Assembly: GCF_964204645.1 (NCBI RefSeq)
Contig: NC_134034.1
Coordinates: 7,414,914 to 7,478,913, forward strand
Direction: 5' to 3'
From: Tubulanus polymorphus
Lineage: Eukaryota > Animalia > Nemertea
Length of the DNA: 64,000 nt
In this document: positions 11,649 through 23,535 of the stretch, in pieces
Numbering within the stretch: position 1 is the stretch's first letter
Layout: the number at the start of each line of letters is the position of its first letter
Notes under the pieces: model-generated
The model's input: only the letters and a program-made list of their open reading frames with translations
What the model was told of the DNA's origin: nothing
Databases searched by the model: none
Position numbers and translations under genes: made by a program

Positions 11649-11925
11649 ATTCAACTAGCTTGTTAATCAATTACATATTTAGTTACATTCTAGTTGAATT
11701 CTAGTTATTGGTAGTTGTAACAAAAATCAACTAGATTTTAACAATATTGTAACTAGCTTGTTAATCTAGTTTAATTCTAGTTACATTCTAGTTGAATTCT
11801 AGTTATTGGTAGTTGGAACAAAAATCAACTAGATTTAACAAGAAATAAACAAAAATAACAATATTTCAACTAGCTTGTTAATCTAGTTAAATTCTAGTTA
11901 CATTCTAGTTGAATTCTAGTTGCAA
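11646..11925. repeat. Iterated CTAG-rich direct/inverted repeat block
   Basis: Repeated AATTCAACTAG, CTAGTTGAATTCTAG and CTAGTTACATT units; also at 45470-45760. Confidence 0.85.
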
Positions 11926-11953
11926 TATCACAACTAATTTTTTTGTTATATAA

Positions 11954-12539
11954 ATGGTAGGTGAAAAGAAAATAAAATCTAAAAATGGTGATGTTCCAAT
12001 TGAAAAAACTTTAGATGATTTAGGAATAACAGAAAACAAATTAATTCCAGATGATGGTGTTTTAAATAATGTTACAACAAATAATAATTATGAATATTAT
12101 CTTTATTGTTAACATCAATTAGAAATATTAATAGCATCTGGTAAATGTAAAAATTTTATCGGTAAAAATTTAACATAATGAATTAGATACAATGAAATCA
12201 GATGAAATTATTAGATTATTTAAGATTTATGAAGCCGCGAGAACAGCTAGAATTAATGACGCGATATCAGAAAATGTAGTAAAAGGTTATAGTAAATTAT
12301 GTAATTATATACTACCAACTGAAGATGAAAATAGATTATATTCCGATTTAAAAAATGACTATTTAGTTATGACTGAATTAAATAAATGGATTGGATATTT
12401 ATCATTTAAATTAGGCGGATTTATGACATTATTATCAACTGGGGTTATAACATTTTCAAATATTGAAAGTAAAAATATTTCTATAATAAATGAGCGAGGT
12501 GAAAGAAGTGAAGGAATTAACTGTGAAGGAAAAACCTAG
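11954..12539 (+). pseudogene. Family A hypothetical protein
   Basis: TAAATG start, stop at 12110-12112; homologs at 42927-43515 and 44835-45440. Confidence 0.7.
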
Positions 12540-12638
12540 ATCACAGAAACAAATTAGATGGTCTCGGCAATTAGGAATTAAATCACAAGAATATAAAAAA
12601 GCTGTATTCATTATTTTTATTAATTTATTTTTTTAAAT

Positions 12639-12961
12639 TTAATCAACAATTTCTAAATCATGATGACCGTCTTCATTTTTTCCATGATAGATTATCTTAA
12701 ATCCTTCTAAATCTTTTAATTCCTCTGTACTCAATGAAACCCATTTATCAGGTAAAAATACTTTAAATTCTCGCGATGTACTAACATTACAGTAGCTTAA
12801 ATTAGCTGATACTTTCTCTCCATATTTAGTTTTTATCTTTTCTAATTTCAATATTTTATGTTCAATTTCTTTTGTAACATCAACTTTTTTATTTCAAATT
12901 GTTTTTTTGCTGGTTTTATTCTGTTATTTATTGTTGCTAAGAATGCTTTTCTATCTCCCAT
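12639..12961 (-). pseudogene. Small protein (TKYG...VFLP), candidate ssDNA-binding protein
   Basis: TAAATG start near 12961; divergent homolog at 55320-55674. Function is inference. Confidence 0.45.
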
Positions 12962-13661
12962 TTATTAGGAAAAGAAATTACTTGTGGTGATGAGTGGGGA
13001 TTACTTCCCCTTGTATATAACAAACACGCTATTAACCGTTCTCACCCAAGCCTCACAGCATCTATTAGGAGCAGTAATTATAACTGTCTAGATAAGTCAT
13101 TTCGGTTCCTTGATATCAAATTCCTCAACGTATTGTTCATTATTTGGATCATTGTTCCATAATTCAATAAATTTCTTTGCCTTTGTTAACTGTTCTAAAT
13201 ATAACTGTAAATCTAGTTTATTATATTTAATTTGATTTTCTTTCCTTTCTAAAGGCCGTAAATTTTTCCAACCCCACATAAGTTTTTTATTGTATTCATC
13301 ATTCCTTTCCATTTATAAGGAAAAAAAATTACTTGTGGTAATGAGTGGGGATTACTTCCCCCTATATAACAAGCGCGCTATTAACCGTTCTCACCCAAGC
13401 CCCACAGCATCTATTTATCCGGGTACAGTTGACACGCAATCACTGTACTACAGTAATAGCACACGCGTTAATAACCGTTCTCAGTAGAGACTCACTGTAT
13501 CGTTCAATCCACGCGCAGATGTTGTTACGCGCACTCACTGTATATGTGTATCACAGAGCAATCGTCCGTTCTCACTAGAGCCTAGCTGTGATGAGTGGTG
13601 TCTCATACTCAATTGAATTATTACTTGTGGTGATGCGTGGTGTTTAGTACTCTAGTACTCT
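12961..13661. repeat. Candidate subterminal/TIR region of family A
   Basis: ~100-bp direct repeat (~12961-13066 and ~13312-13416), short repeats ACCGTTCTCA and TCACTGTA, ending in TAGTACTCTAGTACTCT. Confidence 0.5.
13097..13312 (-). pseudogene. HNH endonuclease C-terminal fragment
   Basis: WKNLRPLERKENQIKYNK, matching 41164-41817. Confidence 0.75.
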
Positions 13662-13664
13662 GGT

Positions 13665-14652
13665 ATGAAACCCCACTTTTACAATTACTCATGACGGCAC
13701 TGGTGGCACTGATGAAGACTTGGGGCCCGGGGGTTCCTTGCCTTTTAGCTGTTCTTTTTAAGGGAAGCGATCTCCTGCGAGAATATCGCTAGCATATTTT
13801 TGATGTCACTAGAGTCAGACGGCTTATCAGCCGGTGATCTAGAACGTGAACGACGTTGTTTCTTATGAGCACGCTTGCGCCTATGCCTGGTAGGTGAGGG
13901 AGAATAGGTTCGACTTACTCTAGATCGGGACCTAGAACGAGACCTTGACCCAGAGCTGGGGTCGGACTGTGAACGACGTCGTTTTTTATTAGAGCGCTGG
14001 TGCCTACGTCTAGTAGGAGACGAAGAGTCGGACCGACTTAATCTCGATCGGGACCTGGACCTAGACACGGATCGTCCCGGATTATTGCCCTGTTTCCGAG
14101 TATCCGGGTATTCAGGAGGTGTATCAACCTGGCCCCTATGTTTAAATCTTGGTCCCCTAGGGGAACTGGAGACGTCGTGATCCGACATGTTAAACCCTAA
14201 AATAAGTTGAAATGAAGGGTTAATTATTGATACGATTTTTAGTACAGGTAATTAATTTCCGTAAATAATAATAACGATGTGACAGAAATTGATTACGTTG
14301 AATGATAATGACAATGATTGAATATATTTAAGCGGGAAGAACCGCTAAGAAAGCAGCACGGCGCTCCCGCGAAACCGGAAGTAGAAAACCGGTGGCAAAA
14401 TGTTGAAATTGCACATAAATTAAAAACGATCTCACCCGAGATTCGACTTCTATTCCGCGATCAATCACTCTTACGTCTGTTGTTATATCGAGAATTATAA
14501 CCGAACAAGCGCCAAGCAAAAAGATGATGGCGTCTCGCCAGATGGCACTATGTTACGGCGCCGCTACTAAAAGTTGATTTGGGCGTTATCTGCCTAGCCA
14601 AAAGCAATATGGCTATAGTGTATTTTCCCAGGGAATGTATTCGAAGGAAATA
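13665..14652 (-). mobile_element. 5' end of a DIRS-like retrotransposon with Arg/Ser-rich gag-like ORF (13745-14188)
   Basis: 14621-14652 (CAGGGAATGTATTCGAAGGAAAT) resembles the DIRS 3' region at 24460-24483; RS-rich ORF lies downstream on the minus strand. Confidence 0.5.
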
Positions 14653-14689
14653 ATACTTTTACGTGATCAAATAGAATTAACAACAAGTA

Positions 14690-15110
14690 AAACTTAAGTA
14701 GGAAAACTTTTTTTAGCAAAACTGATTGTTATTTGGCAATAACAATCAGTTTTGATGGAATGCGCAACATTTTTTAATGAAAAACTTTTAAGTAAAATAC
14801 AACTTTGAACATCATATACATAGCCATCTTGTGTATGCCCTTATTGTATGGGGACCTATGCTAACAGCCCAACAATCTAACTCTATTTTCAAAATTCAAA
14901 AGAAAGCGGTTAGACTTATTAATAATTCAGCCTATAATGCACCAACAGGGCCAATATTTAAGAAATATAGTATATTGAAATTCCAAGACCTAATAAAATT
15001 AGATCTACTGAAATTTTGATTTTGTCATCTTCATAAATTGCTTCCACAGCGAGTACAAAACCTTTTCAACATAAATGCTGAATTCCACAATTACAATACC
15101 CGTAGTCGCA
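14690..15110 (+). mobile_element. Non-LTR (LINE) ORF2 3' fragment
   Basis: HLVYALIVWG...IQKKAVRLI...PTGPIFKKYSILK...HNYNTR, a typical post-RT C-terminus. Confidence 0.75.
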
Positions 15111-15264
15111 TCTCTCATAAAAAATGACGATGTTCAAAAGCGCTCAAATAAACGGGAAAAGCACATTTCGGTCAGAAGACGTCGTTCAGCACGAGAAAAG
15201 ACATTTTCTCATCAAATTTTCCCCATTTGCAGACTAACCCTTCCAAATATCACTTATATTCTAG

Positions 15265-15575
15265 GGCCAGCTAGGGAACATCTCACGAAATAAAGGGCCA
15301 GTATGGTTAGGAACAGCTAACGGGGAATTATGTTTTACAAGAAACATGGTAAATAGGACTTCTCCTTTGGTTGTGCCGTCAAAACTTTGAGGTTTTTTGA
15401 AAAATGCTGTACGTGTTTGTAGTAGAACAGTGTTTCTACAGATTGAAAATTCCTCTGCAGCTGACACTAAACTCAGAGCAGCAAACAGTGCAATTAGCGA
15501 AATGTGTTCCTTTTTTGCTGCTAGTGACACAAGGGAAGGCTAATGAATATGATAGTTTAAACTGTTGCATTCTTT
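15265..15575 (-). mobile_element. Degenerate hAT-type transposase N-terminal fragment
   Basis: BED-like CTVCCSEFSVS...KH followed by EVLFTMFLVKHNSPL...LFREMFP in a shifted frame. Confidence 0.6.
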
Positions 15576-15584
15576 TCTTCTTGG

Positions 15585-15750
15585 TGAGAAGATACACAAT
15601 ATCTGTGTAAGATGATAACGAGAGAAATCCCACAATAAATGTACGCCTGATGATGGCTAATAGTCTTTAGCCGAAATGTTGCGCAAATATATATCCACTT
15701 CTATTCAAGTTTCTCGTTTGGCTGAATTTATTATGGATTTCTCTCGTTCA
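15585..15750 (+). mobile_element. Penelope-like element end with inverted tail segment
   Basis: Same family as 47639-48171; contains a hammerhead core at 15647-15677. Confidence 0.75.
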
Positions 15751-18700
15751 TTTTCTTCTTCTTACTTGGTGGTCCCAAATCCTCTTCGGAGACAAGTCAC
15801 TTACAACTGTTGTGGATGCCATTTTGTAACGTTCTTATCCACTCACTTGCCATAGTCATGGGAGCATATCGAGCCAGCTAGTGGTGCCGCCTTGTGGAGT
15901 CACCTAACACTTTCGAGAATCTTTATCGACGATCGGCTCACAATACTGACTTTTTAACGAGAATGAAATCATGATTGATCGAAAAATTTATTTTGGGAAT
16001 TTCTGTCTCAACAAATTAATATTCATAATTTTTATACATTAATAGAATGGCATATAAAACAACTAAAACTATGAGTACCTGGGAGCCTGGGTTTCATCGG
16101 AGGTTTTTCATTATCATACGGCTCAATTAGGACAGGAGCGCCCAAGTCTATGCAAATTTGAGGCCAGTGCCGGTTACTGACGAAATAAAGTTGACCGACT
16201 GACATGGTTTTTAATAATTCCACGATAGGATTGCTTCAAGTCAGGCAAGGCAGACAAGCTTACATCTTTACTCAGAATCTTTGTTACGTGCGACCTGTGC
16301 CTTGGCCCGCATTATCTTTAACTGATACATACACGCAGTGAACACGAGAGTATAAGGCAATATTGCCTACGCGACTGTACACGACTGTTTTCGTTTCATC
16401 ACTATGCCGCGATTAACAAACTAATACAAATAATCAAAATCTTAGACAAATAAACTCCAAAACGGATGGTTAATGCGAACGTCAATAAAATGACTTCAAT
16501 TAATGATGATAAAAACAATTATTCAAGTCATGTAAATATATCAGACTCATCTTAAGAAATTCGATGCTATCAGCTGATCGGTATCATCAGTGAATCAGCC
16601 GTGTGGCGAACACGGAAGTAAATTTCCGCAAATTGAAACCAGAATTTCGTCAGATATCTGGATGCAACGTTACCTTATGTACTGGATTTCAAAATTAGAT
16701 AATCATTCAATTTAGATTATCATTATATCATAATATGCCTTGAGTATCAGTATTCGCGCTAGAAATGATGAATATGAACCTCTGCAATTGTGCTGCCATT
16801 TTGTTTAGCACCTGCTGTTCCACCTCATTTACATATTCATCGAATGCTATGACGTCATGATCGAGTTCAAACCGGGTCAACACAAATTATACATAACCAA
16901 GATTTTGGGCTGTTTAGTTTAGGCCTACGTCTCGCCTGGACTTAAATGATTTATCGTAGTAAATATCCGGTAAATTTGGTAGGTTGTTACAGTCTATGGC
17001 AAAGTCCTTGTGACATCAGGTAACCTTAGCGATAAGGGTACAAGCTAATTTGGCTCTGGTGGCGCGTCAGTCGTTGCTAAAAGATGCTAAACTTACGGAC
17101 CCAGTGAAGAAGGCCTTATACAGGGCTCCGCTCGGCGATTCGTCTGGCTTGTTTTCCGATTGGTGTGGTCCCGGCTGCAGTCCAGACACAGAAGATCAGG
17201 GAAACTCAGAGTAAGCCCAGAGTGTGGCGTATTCCGAAGAAGTCGGGTGGCCAGGGGACCTCCGGTGTTGATCTGTCCTCCAAGTTGCTACAGAAGTCTG
17301 GTTGGGGTGCAGCCCCTAGACAGCAGTTGGGGAAGCCCGAGGCCCGGAACAGGTCCTTCAAGGGGAAGGGAAAAGGCCCCAAGAAAGGGCAGGGGTTTCG
17401 GAAGTTCGCGAAAAGGACAAGCTTTGACTCGGGTTGTCTCGACCAGGTATCGCATGTCCTTCAGAGAGAGGCCGCCCTTGACCAGGACCCCGGAGGACAT
17501 GAAGCCCAAACAGGGCCAGGAGCTGCACATAGGTCCAGCCATTCAAGAGCTCTGGGACAAAAGGGCACTGGAATTGGTCGAGAATCCAGGGTCTCCGGGC
17601 TGGTACTCGAGTACAGTACCCAAGGCGTCTGGAGGTCTCAGAACGGTCATAGATCTGTCGATGCTGAACAAGTACCTCGATTGTCAAAAGTTCAAAATGA
17701 CCACGCCAAAGGAGATCATTCAAGGGCTACGCCCGGGTCAATGGGCAGCATCCATAGATCTAAAAGATGCTTATTTCCAGGTCCCTATCCACCCCAGCTA
17801 CAGGAAATATCTCCGGGTGAAGTGGAAGGGGGAAGTGTATCAGTTCCGTTCTCTGCCCTTCGGGCTCAGCTCGGCACCCTGGGTCTTCACCAAACTAGTC
17901 AAGGCCGTTCAAAAGAAGTTGCAATCTTGAGGTGAAAGGCTTTACCTGGACGATTGGCTGATAGTAGGGGCCCCTCGCGAGGAGTGTCGCCGCGGAGTCG
18001 AATTGACCATCGGCATGATACAAGACCTGGGCTTCAGAGTCAACACAGAGAAGTCCCGGCTTTCGCCGTCTCAGGAGTTCACATACCTCGGTATGGACTT
18101 CGATTTGCGCCAGGGACGGGTTCGCCCTACCGCAGCCAGAGTACTGAAGCTGTGCCAGGCTCTTCGTTCTCTGTTACAGGGAGTTCCCCACTCTGCTCGG
18201 TATTGGAGCAGGGTGCTGGGTCAGATCAGCTCCATGTCAGCCGTAGTTCCATTGGGCAGGCTTCACAGTCGGCCACTGCAGAGGTTTTGGAAGACCTCGT
18301 GCGCTGCCTTAAGTCTCAGTTGGGATGCGTTTATGCCCCCCCCCCACGCCCCCCATCTGTTGGGCGCCCTTCGATGGTGGATGCTTCCACGGAATGTGAC
18401 GCAGGGAACATCCCTAGCCCCGCTCCAGGCTCCAGTCTATCTGTATACGGATGCGAGCCATTACGGGTGGGGTGCTCACATCGAGGAGTCGCGGGTGTGG
18501 TCGGGCCGGGAGTCGAAGTTTTATATAAACTACCTCGAGCTTCTAACAGTGTTGAAGGCCCTGAGGTTTTTCGTAAAGAGGTTCGAGGGCCGTCATGTTT
18601 CGGTAGTGACCGACAACACGACAGTCCGGGCTTATCTGAATAATCAGGGAGGCAACCGGTCATTGCAGCTGTCATCTCTGGCGACAGAAGTGCTGTTGTG

Positions 18701-18842
18701 GGCTCAAGCCCACAACATTCAGTTGTCGGTGTCTCGCCTAGCCGGGGCCCGGAATGTAGTGGCCGACGCCCTCTCACGTCAGGACAAAGCTATCCCGACG
18801 GAATGGGTACTTCACCAGTCTGTAACAGGGTCAAGGCTCTGA

Positions 18843-19215
18843 CGGGCCACCCTGTATTGGATCTTTTTGCGACCAGGTTCAACGCCAGGTGCCCGGTGTT
18901 CGTATCCCCATTTCAAGACGCAATGGCGTGGCAGGTGGATGCCCTGTCGATAGATTGGGAGGGTCCGCACGCTTATGCGTTTCCGCCCCCTCTCCTCTGC
19001 TGAATCAGGTGCTGTCCAAGATCGAGGACACGGAGTTGTGCAACGTTCTCCTGATAGCTCCTTGCTGGCTAGCTCAGTCGTGGTTCGTGAGGCTGTTACA
19101 TTTACTCTGCGACCATCCCAGGCTGCTTCCTCAGGAACCGTCTCAAGGGCGGTTTCGTCAGTACCCCAACCTGCAATGCCTCAATCTACACGCTTGGCCA
19201 CTGTCGAGCGATCCT
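18843..19215 (+). pseudogene. DIRS DNA adenine methyltransferase-like domain
   Basis: VLDLFATRFN...DALSIDW...YAFPPP...LLIAPCWLAQSWF, frameshifted. Confidence 0.75.
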
Positions 19216-19756
19216 TGCAGACTCAAGGTTTTTCGTCGGCATCTGCCAAATTTATCCTGGGGTCTAGGAGGTCATCCACTGGGGCCCAGTATGATTCCAA
19301 GTGGCAGCTGTTCCAGGATTGGTGCGGTGGGCGACAAGTTGATTGTCTCTTACCCGCTGTAGCAGATGTGGCGGATTTTCTCCTGTTTTTGTTCCATGAC
19401 AAAGGTCAGCAGGTGGTGACTATCAAGGGCTATAGGTCGGCTATAGGGCACACCTTGAAGGCCGCAGGTCGTCCATCGGTCACAGATGACCTTAGAATAG
19501 CCCAATTAATTGCGGGTTTTTCGATTCAGCGGCCGCGGTTGTCAAGAGATATTCCTCCTTGGATCTGACTGTGGTTTTGAAATACTTGATGGAGCGTCTA
19601 TATGAGCCATTAGAAGTTCTTTCTTTGGCCAGACTGACCAGGAAGACTGCTTTCCTTTTATGCTTGGCTATGGCAGCTCGGAGGTCCGAGCTCCATGCTC
19701 TGTCGGTGAGGCCTGGTCATGTGGTTTTTGGTCCACTTGATCACTCGGTCACCTTG

Positions 19757-22700
19757 TCTGGAGGTTAAAGAAGTGAAGGTAAAACCCTGAAACATATTGA
19801 GAAAAATATACTCCTTAGATATAAATGCCTAAATCATACTTATCAGATGTAGAAAGAAACTAACACTGGTATCATGGAATTTGACTAAGTCTATTCAAAT
19901 CAATCAGATAAGTAAAACTGGTAAAACTGTTCACATTTAAAACAAAATATTTACACTTGCACATGTTAATAGATGTCCATAATAATACTTTCTAATCTAG
20001 GCAACACAAAGAAGGATACATTGCACTTCTTTTTATCAGCAGTTACCTTCAATATTTCCATTTAATACAGATTAATCATAGATTATCTATCAGATTTTGA
20101 AAAAAAAACATATTTATATTTGCACTGATTAATTAAATTTACTTGTACATTGCATAACTTTGAGTAGTTAGTCAAAATCAATCAGATTAAAGTAAAACTA
20201 TCCAAATTTTAAAACAAAAACATTTTAACATTTGCACAAGTTAATTAACGACCTTAATACTGTATAGACTAAGGCAACACAAAGAAGAATGTATTGCACT
20301 TCTTAAAGTCCTTATCAGCAGGTTACATTACAGATGAATAGATTTATAAACATATTTAAAATTGCACAAATACATAAAACCGCACAAAAACAACTTACAT
20401 CAGTGTTCCTTTATCAAAAGCAATTTATGCTAATCACCGGTAAAATATTCAATGGATACAATAAACTACTATATTTGAAACTTATCATCAATGGTTTGAA
20501 ATAAATCAAGTCAATCATCAATTATATTATTTAAAACCATTCTCCTGGCATTTTGTCTGCTGAATGTTGCTATTACCCAGTCGATAAAGCCTTCTTTAGA
20601 GGTAAGTCCATAATGGACATGCATCAATGCTAAACCATTCATTCTGGACTGGGTCATGGTGCTTCTCAAATATGTTTTGAGTAGTCCAAGTTCAGAGTTT
20701 GCCCGCTCACACTCACAGCTTGTCACACCTAATGTGCAAACTAGTTTCAGCATCATAAAGATATTTGGAAAGTCGTCCTCATTACATAATTTCAATGCCT
20801 GAGCTGCAGTATTGGGTTTCTTGTCATCTTTCCCTAGATTAGCAATGACTTGAGAACAATGAGTTTTCCAGAGGAGGAGTTCGGAACTTATACCGCATGG
20901 GGATGGCAAATCTTGTTTGTACTGATTGATGAACGATTTCAGATCATTAAGTGTGGTATTCTGCACATTTGTTGGAATTAACTTCAGTGGCTCTGAAGCA
21001 ATGACACTCAATGTAGAGAATCTGGTTTCTAGTCCACTGATAAGACCATCTATGTATGGAATAACAAGACTTCTCCTATAATATTCTTCAGGTGTATCAG
21101 CAGGATAATTTCCACGCTGAGTTTGACGGTTGCAGGTACGTGGTTTTGATGGTGCTATGCCATTCTGTGCTGCCAAATTTGTAATCTCCTCAAACCAGCT
21201 ACTAAATACTGCATTTATATCTGAACGAACCGATTTGATAGTTGCCTTAACAATTTCAATGCTGTTGTATGCTGACAAGATATCTTCAGATCTGCCTCGA
21301 AGCTTTTTTGAAAGCCCTTTTGTATAGCCCATACAGTTTTTGACAGTAATCAGGGTCACAATGAACTGGAATTGTGTTATAGCTGCCAAAAGCGTCGTGG
21401 CATCACTGGTGGTTTCACGGTTGAAATTCTGTGAGGTTGACATATCGCTGAAACATCTTTCAATCGCTGGATAGAGCTCAACAAAAACCTCGAATGCATC
21501 GTGTCGCTCAACAAAACGGGTCCTACACATTTGTTTCAGTCTCTGTTTCGTTGAAGGGCATACCTCTTTGATCACATTTTCCAAATAATCTGTTCTTTTG
21601 GGGCTATTGTCGAAGAATTTATAGACTTTTTCTGCACAGTCCACCATATTTCTAACTAATGTGCTTTTAGCACAGTCGTTGAGAATCAAGTTCAAGCAAT
21701 GACTGTAGCAGTGAGTGTACACTGCAAGTGGAAAATCAGCAGTTATTCGAGCAGCACATCCGCTTTGAGCACCAGCCATTCCACCAGCGCCATCATATGT
21801 TTGACCCCTACAGTTTTCGAGGGACAAACCCCAAGCTTCAAGGGTTTTCTTAATTATTGAAGACAATCCCAATCCAGTTGTATCACTTGATACTTCGACA
21901 AAGCCAAGAAAAACCTCTCTGATATCTTTGTTGCAATCAACAAATCGCACAACCACACTTAGTTGTTCACTGTGTGAAGTGTCCGCTTTTTCGTCAGCGG
22001 ATATAGAGTAAAATTGTGAGCTTTTGATTTCATTAATCAAATCTCCGACAATTTTATCGCCAATGGCCAGGATTATACTGTTCTGGATTGTTTTTGAACG
22101 GTATGTGGCATTTTTTGGTCCGGTGGCAAGGTAATCCGAGAGAACAGAATCCCCAGCATCCATACGGAAATCAATTAATGCCTGGAAATTTCCGGAATTT
22201 ATATCAGGATCACTTATGTGTCGGGAATCATCTCGATGGCCCCGCAGTGCTATATTCTGTCTACCACAAAGTAAGACAGTTTTTATCACGGATGATAAGA
22301 CAGTACGGTTTCTTTCTATCTTTTCTAAAGCATTCTTATTACTCAGCTCCACGACAGTTTTTTGCTTGTTTTCATGTACATTTAGAAACTGCAATACCTT
22401 TTCATGTGCCTCAAGGTGAGTTTTTTTTGGTTCCTTTTTATCAGTTCCGTAATGAGCCCCTAATCGAGCATGGGTGTGTTTCATATCCGTCAATGGAGAT
22501 GTAGATAGTATTCCGAGATCACTTGACCCAAACAGACAACAATATATACAATACCCGCCTTCTTTGGCCTTTGAATATACCAGGCCTGCATATTCCTTTT
22601 TAGTTAGCCAATCTACACTAAACCTCCTGTTCTTATTTTGGTATAGAGTCGTCGGGAAATTGTAATTTTCACCAGGAACGAAGTGTTTCCGTAATAATTT

Positions 22701-23535
22701 ACACTTTTCATCGGCATTAAGGCTAGCTATGTCTTCAATTAATCCAATATCACAATTATCAGATGGAATCGGAATGTCATTTTTTGTTCTTTTGGGTGCG
22801 GGTGGAGGGGTGAATGTTTCATCAGTTCCCTGTTTTCTTACACTAGCATCTAGACCGGTACTTGTGGATCCAAAGAACGAAGAAATACTCGTCTGCTTTT
22901 TCATCTGCAAAATAAAAAAACACACAAATGAGAATAATTCAACAAATTCGCATATGATAATCACGATCGACTCATCACTGGTTCGTCAAGTTGAAAAATT
23001 GGCAGAAAGCTTGCAAGCCAATGTCTATTTCACACTTCAAAAGTAAAATCAGAACTGGCCTTATCTATGATAAACATTCAATTATAAATACATCATAGCT
23101 CCTTGATAATGGTACATGTAATTAGTAATAGTCCGCGACTACTTCAACTTGAGGCCGAGGGGATTTTTCACAGACTATTTAATATATACAAATGTCAATA
23201 TTTCTCTTGTGGGCTCACATAATTTAATGCAATCTATATACACAGAAGAATAAATAATAGAACTTTACAAAAATATAATTATACATACCTTAGAAGCGTT
23301 ATATAAGTTAGATGATCATTTTATTGCGGCAGAGAAATTATTTTTTACATGCATTTACTTCCTAGTGGCTGGTTTACATCCAGTTGAGCAGAAGGCATAA
23401 GGGTTCGAATCCCAAATATCCCCCCAAAAAATTTTTTTTTACTCATTTGGCTTGAAAAGGTAGGTCCAATTTTTTTTCCTGTGACTTTTAGGGGGGAGCA
23501 CGTGCCCCGCGTGCTCCCCCCTAAATCCGCCACTG
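19757..23535 (-). mobile_element. hAT DNA transposon inserted in the DIRS recombinase gene
   Basis: Terminus CAGTGGCGGATTTAGGGGGG on the minus strand from 23535. YR reads SVTL before the insert and LRPGLGFLAKNQ after it. The other TIR is missing. Confidence 0.88.
20511..22904 (-). CDS. hAT transposase (ZMYM1/PRKRIR-like), open ORF
   Basis: ALRGH, SADEKAD, QTYDGA, HCYSHCLNL, C-terminal dimerisation motif TSCECER. ATG at 22904 follows a splice acceptor-like TTTTGCAG. Confidence 0.92.
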   Translation of the reverse strand: MKKQTSISSFFGSTSTGLDASVRKQGTDETFTPPPAPKRTKNDIPIPSDNCDIGLIEDIASLNADEKCKLLRKHFVPGENYNFPTTLYQNKNRRFSVDWLTKKEYAGLVYSKAKEGGYCIYCCLFGSSDLGILSTSPLTDMKHTHARLGAHYGTDKKEPKKTHLEAHEKVLQFLNVHENKQKTVVELSNKNALEKIERNRTVLSSVIKTVLLCGRQNIALRGHRDDSRHISDPDINSGNFQALIDFRMDAGDSVLSDYLATGPKNATYRSKTIQNSIILAIGDKIVGDLINEIKSSQFYSISADEKADTSHSEQLSVVVRFVDCNKDIREVFLGFVEVSSDTTGLGLSSIIKKTLEAWGLSLENCRGQTYDGAGGMAGAQSGCAARITADFPLAVYTHCYSHCLNLILNDCAKSTLVRNMVDCAEKVYKFFDNSPKRTDYLENVIKEVCPSTKQRLKQMCRTRFVERHDAFEVFVELYPAIERCFSDMSTSQNFNRETTSDATTLLAAITQFQFIVTLITVKNCMGYTKGLSKKLRGRSEDILSAYNSIEIVKATIKSVRSDINAVFSSWFEEITNLAAQNGIAPSKPRTCNRQTQRGNYPADTPEEYYRRSLVIPYIDGLISGLETRFSTLSVIASEPLKLIPTNVQNTTLNDLKSFINQYKQDLPSPCGISSELLLWKTHCSQVIANLGKDDKKPNTAAQALKLCNEDDFPNIFMMLKLVCTLGVTSCECERANSELGLLKTYLRSTMTQSRMNGLALMHVHYGLTSKEGFIDWVIATFSRQNARRMVLNNIIDD

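Larger units (their letters stand above)
317..13661 (+). mobile_element. Polinton/Maverick-like endogenous virus, family A, copy 1 (left end truncated)
   Basis: Contiguous pPolB C-terminus, minor capsid, small TM ORFs, major capsid, rve integrase and A32-like ATPase. Very AT-rich. Right boundary is tentative. Confidence 0.9.

Noticed and set aside
839-12112. Stop-codon reassignment or readthrough in family A
   Set aside because: In-frame stops align with different residues in sister copies (Gln, Leu, Lys, Glu) and co-occur with frameshifts, as expected from decay.
13745-14188. Host SR splicing factor
   Set aside because: No RRM; it lies downstream of a DIRS-like terminus, so a gag-like ORF is more likely.
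17165-18777. Extra overlapping ORFs as separate novel genes
   Set aside because: Overlapping frames are normal in GC-rich DIRS elements; 17165-17935 includes the gag tail and the rest have no motifs.
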